A stretch of DNA of 64,000 bases, from positions 320,001 through 384,000 of the forward strand of contig CAVVJT010000004.1 of NCBI GenBank assembly GCA_963748625.1, given 5' to 3'. Below, in pieces: positions 50,729-59,959 of the stretch. The position numbers and the translations under genes are program-made. This DNA is from an uncultured Chloroflexia bacterium (GTDB taxonomy: Bacteria; Chloroflexota; Limnocylindria; Limnocylindrales; CSP1-4). Each line of letters starts with the position of its first letter. Positions within the stretch are counted from its first letter, which is position 1. The notes beneath the pieces were generated by a model. The model was not told the DNA's origin. It worked only from the letters and a program-made list of their open reading frames with translations, and made no database searches.

Positions 50729-52401
50729 GCCGGCACCTCCGACGGCTGCTCGAGCTCACAGACGCCGGCCGGGCACCGCTTGTCCACGATGTGGGCGAGG
50801 TACTCGTCCCGGAAGTAGCGCAGCGTGCTGAAGATGGGGTTCGGGGCGCCCTGGCCCAGGCCGCACAGGCTCATCCGCTGGACGACGCCGGCGAGGCGCT
50901 CGAGGTTGGCCAGGTCGATCATGTCGGCCTGCCCCTTGCAGATCTTGTCAAGCAGCATCCAGAGCTGGGTGGTGCCCACCCGGCACGGGACGCACTTGCC
51001 GCACGACTCGTCGCGGCAGAAGTCCTGGAAGTAGCGGGCGACGTCCACCATGCACGACGTGTCGTCCATGATGATCATGCCGCCCGAGCCCATGAACGAC
51101 CCGAGCTGGATCAGTGACTCGTAGCTGACCTCGGTGTCCAGGTGCTCGGCCGGGATGCAGCCGCCCGACGGGCCACCGGTCTGGACAGCCTTGAAGGGCC
51201 GGCCGTCGATGATCCCGCCACCGATGTCGTAGATGATCTCCCGCAGGCTCATGCCCATCGGGACCTCGACAAGGCCGGTGTTCACGATGCGGCCTGCGAG
51301 CGCGAACACCTTGGTGCCCTTGCTCTTGCCGATGCCGATCGCCGCATACCAGTCGGCGCCCTTGCGCAGGATCGTCGGCACGTTGGCGTAGGTCTCGACG
51401 TTGTTGATCAGCGTGGGACAGCCGAACAGGCCTTCGACCGCCGGGTACGGCGGTCGCGGACGCGGGTTGCCGCGCTTGCCCTCGACCGAGGCGATCAGTG
51501 CGGTCTCCTCGCCGCAGACGAACGCGCCCGCACCGAGACGGATCTGGATGTCGAAGTTGAACGACGTGTCAGCGATCCCGGCGCCCAGGAAGCCTGCCCG
51601 CTGGGCCTGGCGGATCGCGTTGCGCAGCCGGGCCACCGCCAGCGGGTACTCCGCACGGCAGTAGATGTAGCCCTCCGTCGCATGGACGGCGAATGCGGCG
51701 ATCGCCATGCCCTCGAGGACGCGGAACGGATCGCTCTCAAGGACCGAGCGGTCCATGAACGCACCCGGGTCGCCCTCGTCGGCGTTGCAGATGACGTACT
51801 TCTGGGTGCCCGCCGCCTTGGCGACGGTCGTCCACTTGAGGCCGGTCGGGTAGCCTGCACCGCCGCGCCCGCGCAGGCCGCTGGTGGTGATCTGCTCGCG
51901 GACCTCGGTGGAGGTCATCTCGGAGAGGACCTTCGTGAGGGCCTCGTACCCGCCGCGGGCGAGATAGTCGTCCAGGCTCTCGGGATCGACGCGGCCCATG
52001 TTCTCGGTGGCCACGCGCAGCTGCTTCTCGAAGAAGGGACCCTGCGGTTTGGGCGTGTCGCCGGGCTTGACACCCTTGAGCGCCTTGACGAGCTTGCCAA
52101 GATCGTCAGGTTTCACCTGCGCGAACTGCTCGCCGGTCTCCGCGATCTCCACGAGCGGACCCGCGGCACACAGGCCGAGGCAGCCGACGCGCTTGACGTT
52201 GACGTCCGCCAGGCCCTGGGCCGCGCAGGCCTCGGCCAGCTTCACGGTGATGTCGTGGGCCTGGGCGCTCATGCACGAGGCGGCCTCGCACACGAGGGCC
52301 GACGCACGCACGGGCGGCGCCTCGGTGCCCTGCGCCAGCTCGCTGAGCACATGGGGAAGGGCGCGCCGGCGGACGGGCCGCGGCGCGGACTGCTCGCTCA
52401 C
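50725..52401 (-). CDS. hoxF: Bidirectional hydrogenase diaphorase flavoprotein subunit
   Basis: SGLRGRGGAGYPTG, CNADEGDPGAFMDR, GAGAFVCGEETAL, ESCGKCVPCR; N-terminal Trx-like 2Fe-2S domain. Confidence 0.93.
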   Translation of the reverse strand: MSEQSAPRPVRRRALPHVLSELAQGTEAPPVRASALVCEAASCMSAQAHDITVKLAEACAAQGLADVNVKRVGCLGLCAAGPLVEIAETGEQFAQVKPDDLGKLVKALKGVKPGDTPKPQGPFFEKQLRVATENMGRVDPESLDDYLARGGYEALTKVLSEMTSTEVREQITTSGLRGRGGAGYPTGLKWTTVAKAAGTQKYVICNADEGDPGAFMDRSVLESDPFRVLEGMAIAAFAVHATEGYIYCRAEYPLAVARLRNAIRQAQRAGFLGAGIADTSFNFDIQIRLGAGAFVCGEETALIASVEGKRGNPRPRPPYPAVEGLFGCPTLINNVETYANVPTILRKGADWYAAIGIGKSKGTKVFALAGRIVNTGLVEVPMGMSLREIIYDIGGGIIDGRPFKAVQTGGPSGGCIPAEHLDTEVSYESLIQLGSFMGSGGMIIMDDTSCMVDVARYFQDFCRDESCGKCVPCRVGTTQLWMLLDKICKGQADMIDLANLERLAGVVQRMSLCGLGQGAPNPIFSTLRYFRDEYLAHIVDKRCPAGVCELEQPSEVPA

Positions 52402-52889
52402 ATCGCCTCCAACTGGGCGACCAGCTCGGCCGAGCCGATCTTGCCCTTGACCTCGCCGTCGATGATCACTGCCGGGGCAAGGCTGCAGGCGCCCAGGCAG
52501 CGGGCCGTCAGCAGTGAGACCTTGCCATCCTCGGTGGTCTCCTTCGGCCGGATCCCGAGCTCCCTGTGCAGGCCCTCGAGGATGTCCTTTGCACCGTTGA
52601 TGTAGCACGCCGTGCCTGTGCAGACGACGCACGTGTGCTCACCCTGCGGCTTGAGGGTGAAGAAGGAGTAGAAGGTCGCGACCCCGTAGACGCGGGAATG
52701 CGGCACGCCGAGGGTGTCGCCCACGAAGTTCAGGGCGTCGGTGTCGATGTAGCCGAACGCCTCCTGGGCGGCGTGGAGCGCCTCGATCAAGGCCGCGGGC
52801 CGGTCACCCATGCGGCGCATGCGCGTCTCCACGATCTTCCACCGCTTGTCGTCCGACGGCGGTGCGGGCTTCGCGAACAGGGTCGGCAT
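52398..52889 (-). CDS. hoxE: Bidirectional hydrogenase 2Fe-2S subunit
   Basis: DKRWK, LIEALHAAQEAFGY, YGVATFY, CTGTAC, CLGAC. Confidence 0.93.
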   Translation of the reverse strand: MPTLFAKPAPPSDDKRWKIVETRMRRMGDRPAALIEALHAAQEAFGYIDTDALNFVGDTLGVPHSRVYGVATFYSFFTLKPQGEHTCVVCTGTACYINGAKDILEGLHRELGIRPKETTEDGKVSLLTARCLGACSLAPAVIIDGEVKGKIGSAELVAQLEAM

Positions 52890-53319
52890 GCATCCCTCCA
52901 GGCCTGGCCAAGGAAGCGCCGGGGGCGCGGGCGCATCGTAGATCGATTCAACCCGCCGGGTACGGGTCACTTCAAACCCTACGACTCGCGCCCCCGGCCC
53001 GCGCATGCCCCTTGTCCCCTCGCCGTGTGACCAGACCCGTGGGAAGACCGGGCCGCGGCCCAGCGGGTCGAGGACCAACGGCCCGCCGCCTCCGGATCGA
53101 AGGTTGTAGGACGGTTTCAGCCGACGATTCGCAGGCAGCCGCTGCTCACGATGGCCGGGTTATGGACCTGGTGCAGCGCCACCCCTGCCGTCCGGCAGGG
53201 CCACACGCCGCCGGACAAGCCGCCGTGGCGTCCATCGGGCCCGCCGATTGGTCCAGTCGGCCGCTTCGCAGGCGATCCGGGGCGCGCAAGATCGGATTGC
53301 CCCTATGTTTGGAGAGAAG

Positions 53320-53997
53320 ATGCAGACCGTCGAGCAGGTGATGACCCATGACGTCATCACGGTCACCCCCGAGACGCCCATCAACGAAGTCGCCCGCCTA
53401 CTCGTCGAGCACGGTGTCAGCGGTCTCCCGGTCGTGGACGCGGAGCGGCATGTCATCGGCGTCGTCTCCGAGGGCGATGTCCTCGTGAAAGAGGCCGGCC
53501 ACCCGACGGCGTCCCGGCGGCCGCTCGCCCGCCTGTTCGGAACCGGCCGCGAGAGTCGCGAGCACCAGACGAAGGTCGATGCCCAGACCGCGGGCGAGGC
53601 CATGACCTCCCCGGCCCTCACGATCGAACCATTCCGTGCCATTCGCGCGGCCGCCGAGATCATGACCACCAGCAGCGTCAACCGGCTGCCCGTGGTCGAC
53701 CCCGAGGGGGTTCTGCTCGGGATCGTCACTCGCGCAGATCTCGTGCGCGCGTTCGTGCGCACCGACAGCGACCTCGTGGAGGCGATCCGCAGCGAAGTGC
53801 TCGTCCGCACGATGTGGCTTGACCCCGACAAGTTCGAGGTCACCGTCGATCACGGTGTGGCGACGGTGAAGGGGTCGGTGCAGAAGCGCTCGACCGCCGA
53901 GATGACGGCCCACTTCGTCGCAATCCTCCCGGGCGTCGTCTCGGCCGAGTCGGAGATCACCTGGACCGAGGATGACGGGGGCGTCACCGTCGCCTAG
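53320..53997 (+). CDS. CBS-pair + BON domain protein
   Basis: VMTHDV, SGLPVVD, GVVSEGD, NRLPVVD, GIVTRADL, then VTVDHGVATVKG...PGVV. Confidence 0.88.
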   Translation: MQTVEQVMTHDVITVTPETPINEVARLLVEHGVSGLPVVDAERHVIGVVSEGDVLVKEAGHPTASRRPLARLFGTGRESREHQTKVDAQTAGEAMTSPALTIEPFRAIRAAAEIMTTSSVNRLPVVDPEGVLLGIVTRADLVRAFVRTDSDLVEAIRSEVLVRTMWLDPDKFEVTVDHGVATVKGSVQKRSTAEMTAHFVAILPGVVSAESEITWTEDDGGVTVA

Positions 53998-54038
53998 GCC
54001 GGCACAGTTGGCACCTCGGGCGGCGGCGTCCTTGGCAT

Positions 54039-54114
54039 TGGCGCCCCCGGCAGGAATCGAACCTGCGACCAAGTGCTTAGAAGGCACCTGCTCTATCCGC
54101 TGAGCTACGGGGGC
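54039..54114 (-). tRNA. tRNA-Arg (TCT)
   Basis: GCCCCCGTAGCTCAGCGGATAGAGCAGGTGCCTTCTAAGCACTTGGTCGCAGGTTCGATTCCTGCCGGGGGCGCCA. Confidence 0.97.
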
Positions 54115-54290
54115 GTGTGCGCAAGTGTACGCAGGCGCAGTTTGACCACGCCTGAAACCGGCGGCGTGCAGCATCGTGCCGAGGGGTCCGATAGGGCGTT
54201 CGCCTGACCCCGTCCCGGTTGGCCCCGGTGCTATGCTCGCCGCCCTCGCGCGGCAGCCCAAGGCCGTGCGACCCCCGTCGAGCACCGGGA

Positions 54291-55703
54291 ATGCCCGACC
54301 AGACATCACGCACGCGACCGCAGACGCTCGCGGTCGGCCAGCTCGCCCTCGAGCTGCCGGTCACGATGCCCGCCCTGGCCATCGAGCCGGAGTGGAAGGC
54401 GCAACCACGCCTCTGGGGTCCCACGCTGCACCCGATGTGCTCGTATCTCGCGAGCTTCCCGGCCGCCCTCGTCCACGCCTTCATCGCCCGCTACACGCGG
54501 CCCGGCGACGTCGTGCTCGACCCGTTCTCCGGGCGCGGGACGGCCCCGCTCCAGGCCACGGCCGAGGGCCGCATCGGCGTCGGCAACGACCTCAACCCGC
54601 TCGCCCACATCCTCACCGCCGCCAAGCTGGAGCCGGCCCGACCCGCTGAGGCCCGCACCCGCCTGACCGCCCTGCGTCTCGCCTGGGCCGCCGACGCAGC
54701 CGCCTGGACGTCCCTCGCAGAGCGCGTGCAGCGGCCGCACCAAGGGCTGTTCGACATCCTCGTCCCGGCAGCCGGCTCGCAGGCAGGCCCGGCCGATGGC
54801 ACCGACCCCGTCCCGGACGAGGTGGCCATCGCCTTCCATCCCCGCACGCTGGCCCAGCTGCTGCTGGTCCGCTCACACCTGCGACTCGACGATCGCACGG
54901 ACCGGTTCCTCGCGGGCGCGCTCGCGGGCATCCTCCACGGCAAGACGCCGTCCTACCTGTCCACCGTCATGCCCAACACGTTCAGCATGGCGCCCAAGTA
55001 CGTGCGCGACTTCGTGGCCAGCACCGGATTCCTGCCGCCCGAGCGGGATGTGTTCGACCTGCTGGCGGGCAAGCTCGACCGGCTCTACCGCCAGCCCCTG
55101 CCGTCGGCTGCAGGCATCGCGCTCCACGGGGATGCCCGCACGGCGGGCACCCGCTCCCGAGCCGCGCTCCGGGCCCACGGCCTGCCGGACCGGGCCCGCC
55201 TCGTTGTCACCTCCCCGCCGTACCTGCGCGTGCTCAAGTACGGCTACTACAACTGGATGCGGACGTGGCTGCTGGGCTTCGACGCCCGGGCGATTGACGC
55301 GGAGCTCGACGACGCCCACAAGCGCGAGCCCTACCTCGCGTTCCTGCGCGAGGTGCTCGAGGACCTGCGTCCCGCGCTGACCGACGACGGGATCGCGGTG
55401 GTGGTGCTCGGCGAGGTGGAGACCGACCGGGGCAAGCCCTCGAGCGCGGGCATCGGCCTCGCGGAGCGGGTATGGGAGGAGGCCGCGATGCCGGCCGGCT
55501 TCCGGCTCGCAGGGGTCCTCGACGACGACGTTGCGGCCAACCGAAAGATGACCCGGCTCTGGGGCGACGAGGCCGGGAAGGCGACCAAGACCGACCGGGT
55601 GCTCGTGCTCGGCGCCGGCGAGGCGGGCCGGCGGCGGGCGCTCTCGTCGGCCGGGCTGCCGATCGACTGGACCTGGCCGCCCGCGGGCCTGCGCGCCCTC
55701 TAG
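54291..55703 (+). CDS. Amino (probably N4-cytosine) DNA methyltransferase, orphan
   Basis: YLASFP, motif I VLDPFSGRGT, NDLNP, motif IV VTSPPY; start could be 54366. Confidence 0.8.
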   Translation: MPDQTSRTRPQTLAVGQLALELPVTMPALAIEPEWKAQPRLWGPTLHPMCSYLASFPAALVHAFIARYTRPGDVVLDPFSGRGTAPLQATAEGRIGVGNDLNPLAHILTAAKLEPARPAEARTRLTALRLAWAADAAAWTSLAERVQRPHQGLFDILVPAAGSQAGPADGTDPVPDEVAIAFHPRTLAQLLLVRSHLRLDDRTDRFLAGALAGILHGKTPSYLSTVMPNTFSMAPKYVRDFVASTGFLPPERDVFDLLAGKLDRLYRQPLPSAAGIALHGDARTAGTRSRAALRAHGLPDRARLVVTSPPYLRVLKYGYYNWMRTWLLGFDARAIDAELDDAHKREPYLAFLREVLEDLRPALTDDGIAVVVLGEVETDRGKPSSAGIGLAERVWEEAAMPAGFRLAGVLDDDVAANRKMTRLWGDEAGKATKTDRVLVLGAGEAGRRRALSSAGLPIDWTWPPAGLRAL

Positions 55704-55793
55704 CCTCCGGCGCCCGCAGCCGTCCGACCGACCCGTCTCGGCCCCGCGACCGGCTCTCTCCCGAACGCCGTCCCCGCAGAGTAGGATGCCCGG

Positions 55794-58001
55794 GTGTCTG
55801 CGTACCTGTGCCCCTCCCCCGCCGGGCCCTCCGTGCCCGGCCCCATCCACTCCCTGACTCGCCGCGCGGTCGCCGGGCTCCTGCTCGGAGCGATGCTGCT
55901 GGTGACCGCGGCGCAGCCTGCACTCGCGCTCGAGCCGCCGAACCTGGCGGACCAGGTCACCGACCAGGCTGGCGTCCTCGACCGTGGCGAGGAGGCCGAC
56001 GTCGAGGCCGCCCTCCAGGCGCTCCGCGACGAGCAGAACATCCAGCTGTTCGTCGCCTATGTCGACACCACCGACGGCATGCCCGCCGCGGATTTCGCCG
56101 AGGCCACGGCCGCAGCGAGCTCGCTCGGCGGCAACGACGCACTGCTTCTCGTGGCGATCGACGATCGCTCGGATGCGATGTGGGTGGGGCCGCTGCTGGA
56201 CTCGGTGACGGACACGGAGATCGACACGATCCTTGCGGAGGTCGTGGAGCCGCTGCTTGCGGACGGCGCCTTCGCTGACGCGATGATCGCGGGTGCCGAC
56301 GCCCTCGGCGCGGCAGCGGCCAGCGCCGTCGTGACGCCCACCGCGGCGCCGAACGCGACGCCGAACGCGGGTGCCACCACCGCTCCATCCGGCGGTGGCT
56401 CCGGCTCGGGCAGCGGAGGCGGCATCCCGATCCTGCCCATCCTCGCCGTCATCGTGATCGGCGGCGGCATCCTCCTGGTCGTGCGCTCGCAGATGCAGAA
56501 GCGCAAGCACGCCCAGGCCCAGGCCGCGACAACGGCCGACCTGGGGCGGGACGCCAATCGCCTGCTCCTGGAGACCGACGAGGCCCTCAAGGACGCCGCG
56601 AATGATGTCGAGTTCGCGTCCGCGCAGTGGGGCGAGCCTGAGGTCAAGCCGTACCGGGAAGCGATCGCCAGGGCGGACGCGGAGCTGCGGGCGGCGTTCT
56701 CGATCCGCCAGAAGCTCGATGACGCCGAGCCGGAGTCCCCCGCGGAGCGCGAGCAGCTCCTGCGCGAGATAGTCGCGCGGGCCGGTGGTGCCAAGCAACT
56801 CCTCGACGACCAGGAGGAGCGGTTCGACCAGCTCGGCGACCTCGTTGCCACGGCCCCCGCGCAGCTCGACGCGCTCCCCGCGTCCATCGAGACGCTCCGA
56901 GCCCGCCTGTCCAAGACCGCCTCCACCGCGGATCGCCTGCGGGCGACCTACGCGGCCACCGCGACGGCGTCCGTCGATGGGAACGCCGAGGAGGCCGCGA
57001 AGGCGCTCGACACCGCGGCCGCCGAGGCGGAGCGCGGCAAGGGAATCGTGGTCAGCAAGCCCAACGACGGAGTCATCGCCCTGCGCACCGCCCAGGAGGC
57101 GCTCGCCGCGGCGACCGCCCTGCTCGACGCGGTGGAGCGGCTCGCCACCTCGCTCGACGATGCCGCCGGCCGCCTCCCGGCGGAGCTCGATGCGGCCGCG
57201 CGGGACGTCGCCTCTGCGCGGGCCGCCGTCGACCAGGCAGCTCGTGACGGGACTGCCACGTCCGGCCCGCCGGCAGCGCCCGGTCAGGCCGCCATCCCCA
57301 GCACGGCGGCCCTGGCCGATGCCCTGCGAGCCGCAGAGGTCGCCCTGGGCGATGCCCGACGCAGCGCGGAGGCGCGGCCGCTTGACCCGCTCGCCGCCGT
57401 CCAGAAGGCGATGGCCGCCAACCAGGCAGCCGACGGCGTGGTCGCCGCCGTCCAGTCAGCGCAGCAGCTGCGCCAGCGCCGCGTGCAGAATGCCCAGGCT
57501 GCTGTCGCGAATGCCCAGGGGCACGTGACACGGGCGGTGGACTTCATCACGACACGCCGGCACGGCGTCGGGGGCACTGCGCGCACCCGCGCCGCGGAAG
57601 CCCAACTCCGGCTCGAGGAGGCGCAGGCGCGGCTTGGCGCCGACCCGGAGGCGGCGACGGCCCTCGCAGTCCGTGCAACCCAGCTCGCGGACGAGGCCTA
57701 CAACCTCGCCGCAGGCGAGTTCGACCAGTGGCAGGGAGGCGGGCAGCCGGCCGCCGGAACCCCTGGCCAGGACATCGTTGGGGGCATCCTGGGTGGCGTC
57801 ATCGGCGGCACGATGAGCGGCGGTGGACGCCCGCCGGCGGGCAGCGGCTGGGGCGGCAGCCCGTGGGGCGGGCCCTCGTCGGGCCAGTCCAGGGGCGGCT
57901 TTGGTGGCCGGCCGACCACATCGGGTGGCGGTCGCATCGGTGGGGCCGGCCGGAGCGGTGGTGGCGGCGGTGGCGGGCGCGCCCGAGGCGGCCGCTGGTA
58001 G
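55794..58001 (+). CDS. TPM-domain membrane protein with long helical region and Gly-rich tail
   Basis: VTDQAGVL, IQLFVAYVD, LLVAIDDR; TM; coiled coil; ends GGRW. Start uncertain. Confidence 0.82.
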   Translation: MSAYLCPSPAGPSVPGPIHSLTRRAVAGLLLGAMLLVTAAQPALALEPPNLADQVTDQAGVLDRGEEADVEAALQALRDEQNIQLFVAYVDTTDGMPAADFAEATAAASSLGGNDALLLVAIDDRSDAMWVGPLLDSVTDTEIDTILAEVVEPLLADGAFADAMIAGADALGAAAASAVVTPTAAPNATPNAGATTAPSGGGSGSGSGGGIPILPILAVIVIGGGILLVVRSQMQKRKHAQAQAATTADLGRDANRLLLETDEALKDAANDVEFASAQWGEPEVKPYREAIARADAELRAAFSIRQKLDDAEPESPAEREQLLREIVARAGGAKQLLDDQEERFDQLGDLVATAPAQLDALPASIETLRARLSKTASTADRLRATYAATATASVDGNAEEAAKALDTAAAEAERGKGIVVSKPNDGVIALRTAQEALAAATALLDAVERLATSLDDAAGRLPAELDAAARDVASARAAVDQAARDGTATSGPPAAPGQAAIPSTAALADALRAAEVALGDARRSAEARPLDPLAAVQKAMAANQAADGVVAAVQSAQQLRQRRVQNAQAAVANAQGHVTRAVDFITTRRHGVGGTARTRAAEAQLRLEEAQARLGADPEAATALAVRATQLADEAYNLAAGEFDQWQGGGQPAAGTPGQDIVGGILGGVIGGTMSGGGRPPAGSGWGGSPWGGPSSGQSRGGFGGRPTTSGGGRIGGAGRSGGGGGGGRARGGRW

Positions 58002-58099
58002 ATCCCGGCCCCGGCGCGGCAGGGCATCAACGAGGGGGTCGACGGACGGACCGTGCGGCCCGATCATGGCAGGGACGTGCACGTACACCGGAGGACACA

Positions 58100-58819
58100 A
58101 TGGCGCAAAGCTCGATCCTTGGACGCATCGGCCAGCTCGTTCGCGCGAACGTCAACTCGATGCTCGACGAGGCCGAAGACCCCGAGAAGATGCTGGACCA
58201 GCTGATCCGGGACTTCACGAACAACATCGCCGAGGCCGAGGAGGCCGTTGCGCAGACGGTCGGCAACCTGCGGCTGCTCGAGGATGACGCCCGCGAGGCC
58301 CGCGAGGCCTCCGCCGACTGGCTGGGCAAGGCCAAGGCCGCGTCCGACCGCGCCGAGGCGCTCCGGGCCCAGGGGAACACGGCCGAGGCCGCCCGCTTCG
58401 ACGATCTCGCCAAGCTCGCCCTGCGCCGCCAGATCTCGTTCGAGGAGCAGATCAAGACCTTCGACACCCAGATCGCGCAGCAGAGCGAGCTTGTCGACAA
58501 GCTCAAGGACGGCCTCAACAAGCTGCGGATCAAGCGCGAGGAGCTGGTCCAGAAGCGCGACGAGCTCGTCAGCCGCGCGAAGATGGCCCAGGCCCAGATG
58601 CAGGTGCAGCAGACGCTCAAGGAAGTCTCCGTCCTGGACCCGACGTCGGAGCTCAACCGCTTCGAGGAGCGGATCCGCCGCCAGGAGGCCATGGCGCGCG
58701 GCATGGAGGAGGTCGCCGGTTCCTCACTCGAGGACCAGTTCGCCGAGCTCGAGACGGGCACGGACGACCTCGAGGTGGAGGCGCGGCTCGCGGAGCTCAA
58801 GAGCAAGAGCGCCGGCTGA
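58100..58819 (+). CDS. pspA: PspA/IM30 family protein
   Basis: SILGRIGQLVRANVN.MLDEAEDPEKMLDQ, FEERIRRQEA, LEDQFAEL, VEARLAELK; GGAGG SD. Confidence 0.92.
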   Translation: MAQSSILGRIGQLVRANVNSMLDEAEDPEKMLDQLIRDFTNNIAEAEEAVAQTVGNLRLLEDDAREAREASADWLGKAKAASDRAEALRAQGNTAEAARFDDLAKLALRRQISFEEQIKTFDTQIAQQSELVDKLKDGLNKLRIKREELVQKRDELVSRAKMAQAQMQVQQTLKEVSVLDPTSELNRFEERIRRQEAMARGMEEVAGSSLEDQFAELETGTDDLEVEARLAELKSKSAG

Positions 58820-58840
58820 GGTCCACGACACCCGCAAACA

Positions 58841-58873
58841 GGCGAAGGGGTCGCATCATGCGGCCCCTTCGCC
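58841..58873 (+). terminator. Hairpin terminator after pspA
   Basis: GGCGAAGGGGTCGCA-TCA-TGCGGCCCCTTCGCC. Confidence 0.65.
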
Positions 58874-58949
58874 ATGCCTCCGCCCATCCGGATGGACCTG
58901 CGCGGGCGGTCGTCGCGGGTCGGCCGGCTTGGGCTAGCATGGCGATGCG

Positions 58950-59177
58950 ATGAACCAGATGTACCCCCCGTCCGACCTCGCCTCGATGGATCCCCTCGTT
59001 CTGATGAAGAACCTGGACCACGTGCGCATGACCAGCCGCCGCCTGTCGTACATCCTCCAGCAGCAGGTGCACCTCTACACTCCTGAGGCGAACCAGCTGC
59101 GCGAGCAGATCGACCGCTACGTGGAAGCGGAGCGCCAGATCGAGGGCGAGATGGCCCGGCGGCGCATCCGCGCCTGA
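58950..59177 (+). CDS. Small helical hypothetical protein (75 aa)
   Basis: Strong GC3 codon bias and non-shadow composition; TAGCAT -10 hexamer just upstream. Confidence 0.75.
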   Translation: MNQMYPPSDLASMDPLVLMKNLDHVRMTSRRLSYILQQQVHLYTPEANQLREQIDRYVEAERQIEGEMARRRIRA

Positions 59178-59203
59178 CCGCCGCGGACCGGCCCTTGGCC
59201 TCG

Positions 59204-59288
59204 GGCCCCTTGGCTCCTCAGGCCCCCTGGCTCCTCAGGCCCCCTGGCTCCTCAGGCCCCTTGGCTCCTCAGGCCCCCTGGCTGCTCA
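59204..59288. repeat. 17-bp tandem repeat, 5 copies plus partial flanks
   Basis: GGCCCC(C/T)TGGCTCCTCA head-to-tail without spacers, between convergent genes. Confidence 0.9.
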
Positions 59289-59326
59289 GGCCCCTCCCTT
59301 GGCTCCCAGGAGCCTTCCCGAAGGAC

Positions 59327-59653
59327 TCAGGCTGCCGTCGTCACCCGGCAGGCGTCGTCTGCGGGCCGGGGCGTCATCGCCTCCACGGCGACCGCACGGG
59401 CCACCCTGCGAGCAGCCTGCTCCTCGCTCACGATCCGGGCCACGAGCTGGGCAAGGCGCGGCGTCTCGAACAGGCTGAACCCCACGCCGATGTCGGCAAG
59501 TGCATCGTGGCCCATGCCCCGGAACAGGCCCCTCGTCGCGACGGCACACATCTCGTCGTACAGCTCCGGCCAGCCTACGCGACGTCGCTGGTAGCAGAAG
59601 CGGACGAAGGCCTCGGCCTCGGGTGAGGCAGGCACCGTGGCGGCGGACAGCAT
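59327..59653 (-). CDS. Conserved-looking hypothetical protein (FC..RR...WPELYDEMC)
   Basis: GAGGA SD; TTCACC-N17-TAGCAT promoter at 59789-59817; motif-like composition. Confidence 0.7.
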   Translation of the reverse strand: MLSAATVPASPEAEAFVRFCYQRRRVGWPELYDEMCAVATRGLFRGMGHDALADIGVGFSLFETPRLAQLVARIVSEEQAARRVARAVAVEAMTPRPADDACRVTTAA

Positions 59654-59822
59654 CGATAGGAATCCTCTCGGGGCATGCACGATCCACCAGCGCCACGGAC
59701 GGGTTCGGGTCCGGGCACCGGCAGCGGTGGGTCTGGTGTCTCGCCGGGAGCCCCCCTCCAGGAGCCCTGGGACGTCGGCGCTACTGGAATGCTAGGGCGC
59801 GGCAGCCGTGCGGTGAAGGGGC

Positions 59823-59877
59823 TTCTCCACGATGTTGCCCACCGACTTGTCCACACGCCGCGAGCGCCGGTGGACAG
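59823..59877. promoter_or_regulatory. DnaA-box-like cluster
   Basis: TTCTCCACG (59823), TTGCCCACC (59835) and TTGTCCACA (59847) at 12-bp spacing; inverted CTGTCCACC at 59869-59877. Confidence 0.5.
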
Positions 59878-59959
59878 ACCATGAGAACCCGTCAAAAGTT
59901 GTTGACGTCCACCGCAGCTCCTGTGCGTGGAGGCCGGTTGCGGCACCGATTCCGATCTG

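Noticed and set aside
54039-55703. Defence island integrated at tRNA-Arg
   Set aside because: The methylase is on the tRNA 5' side, with no integrase, att duplication or compositional shift.
59204-59288. Possible CRISPR array
   Set aside because: The 17-bp units are contiguous with no spacers, and there are no cas genes in the window.
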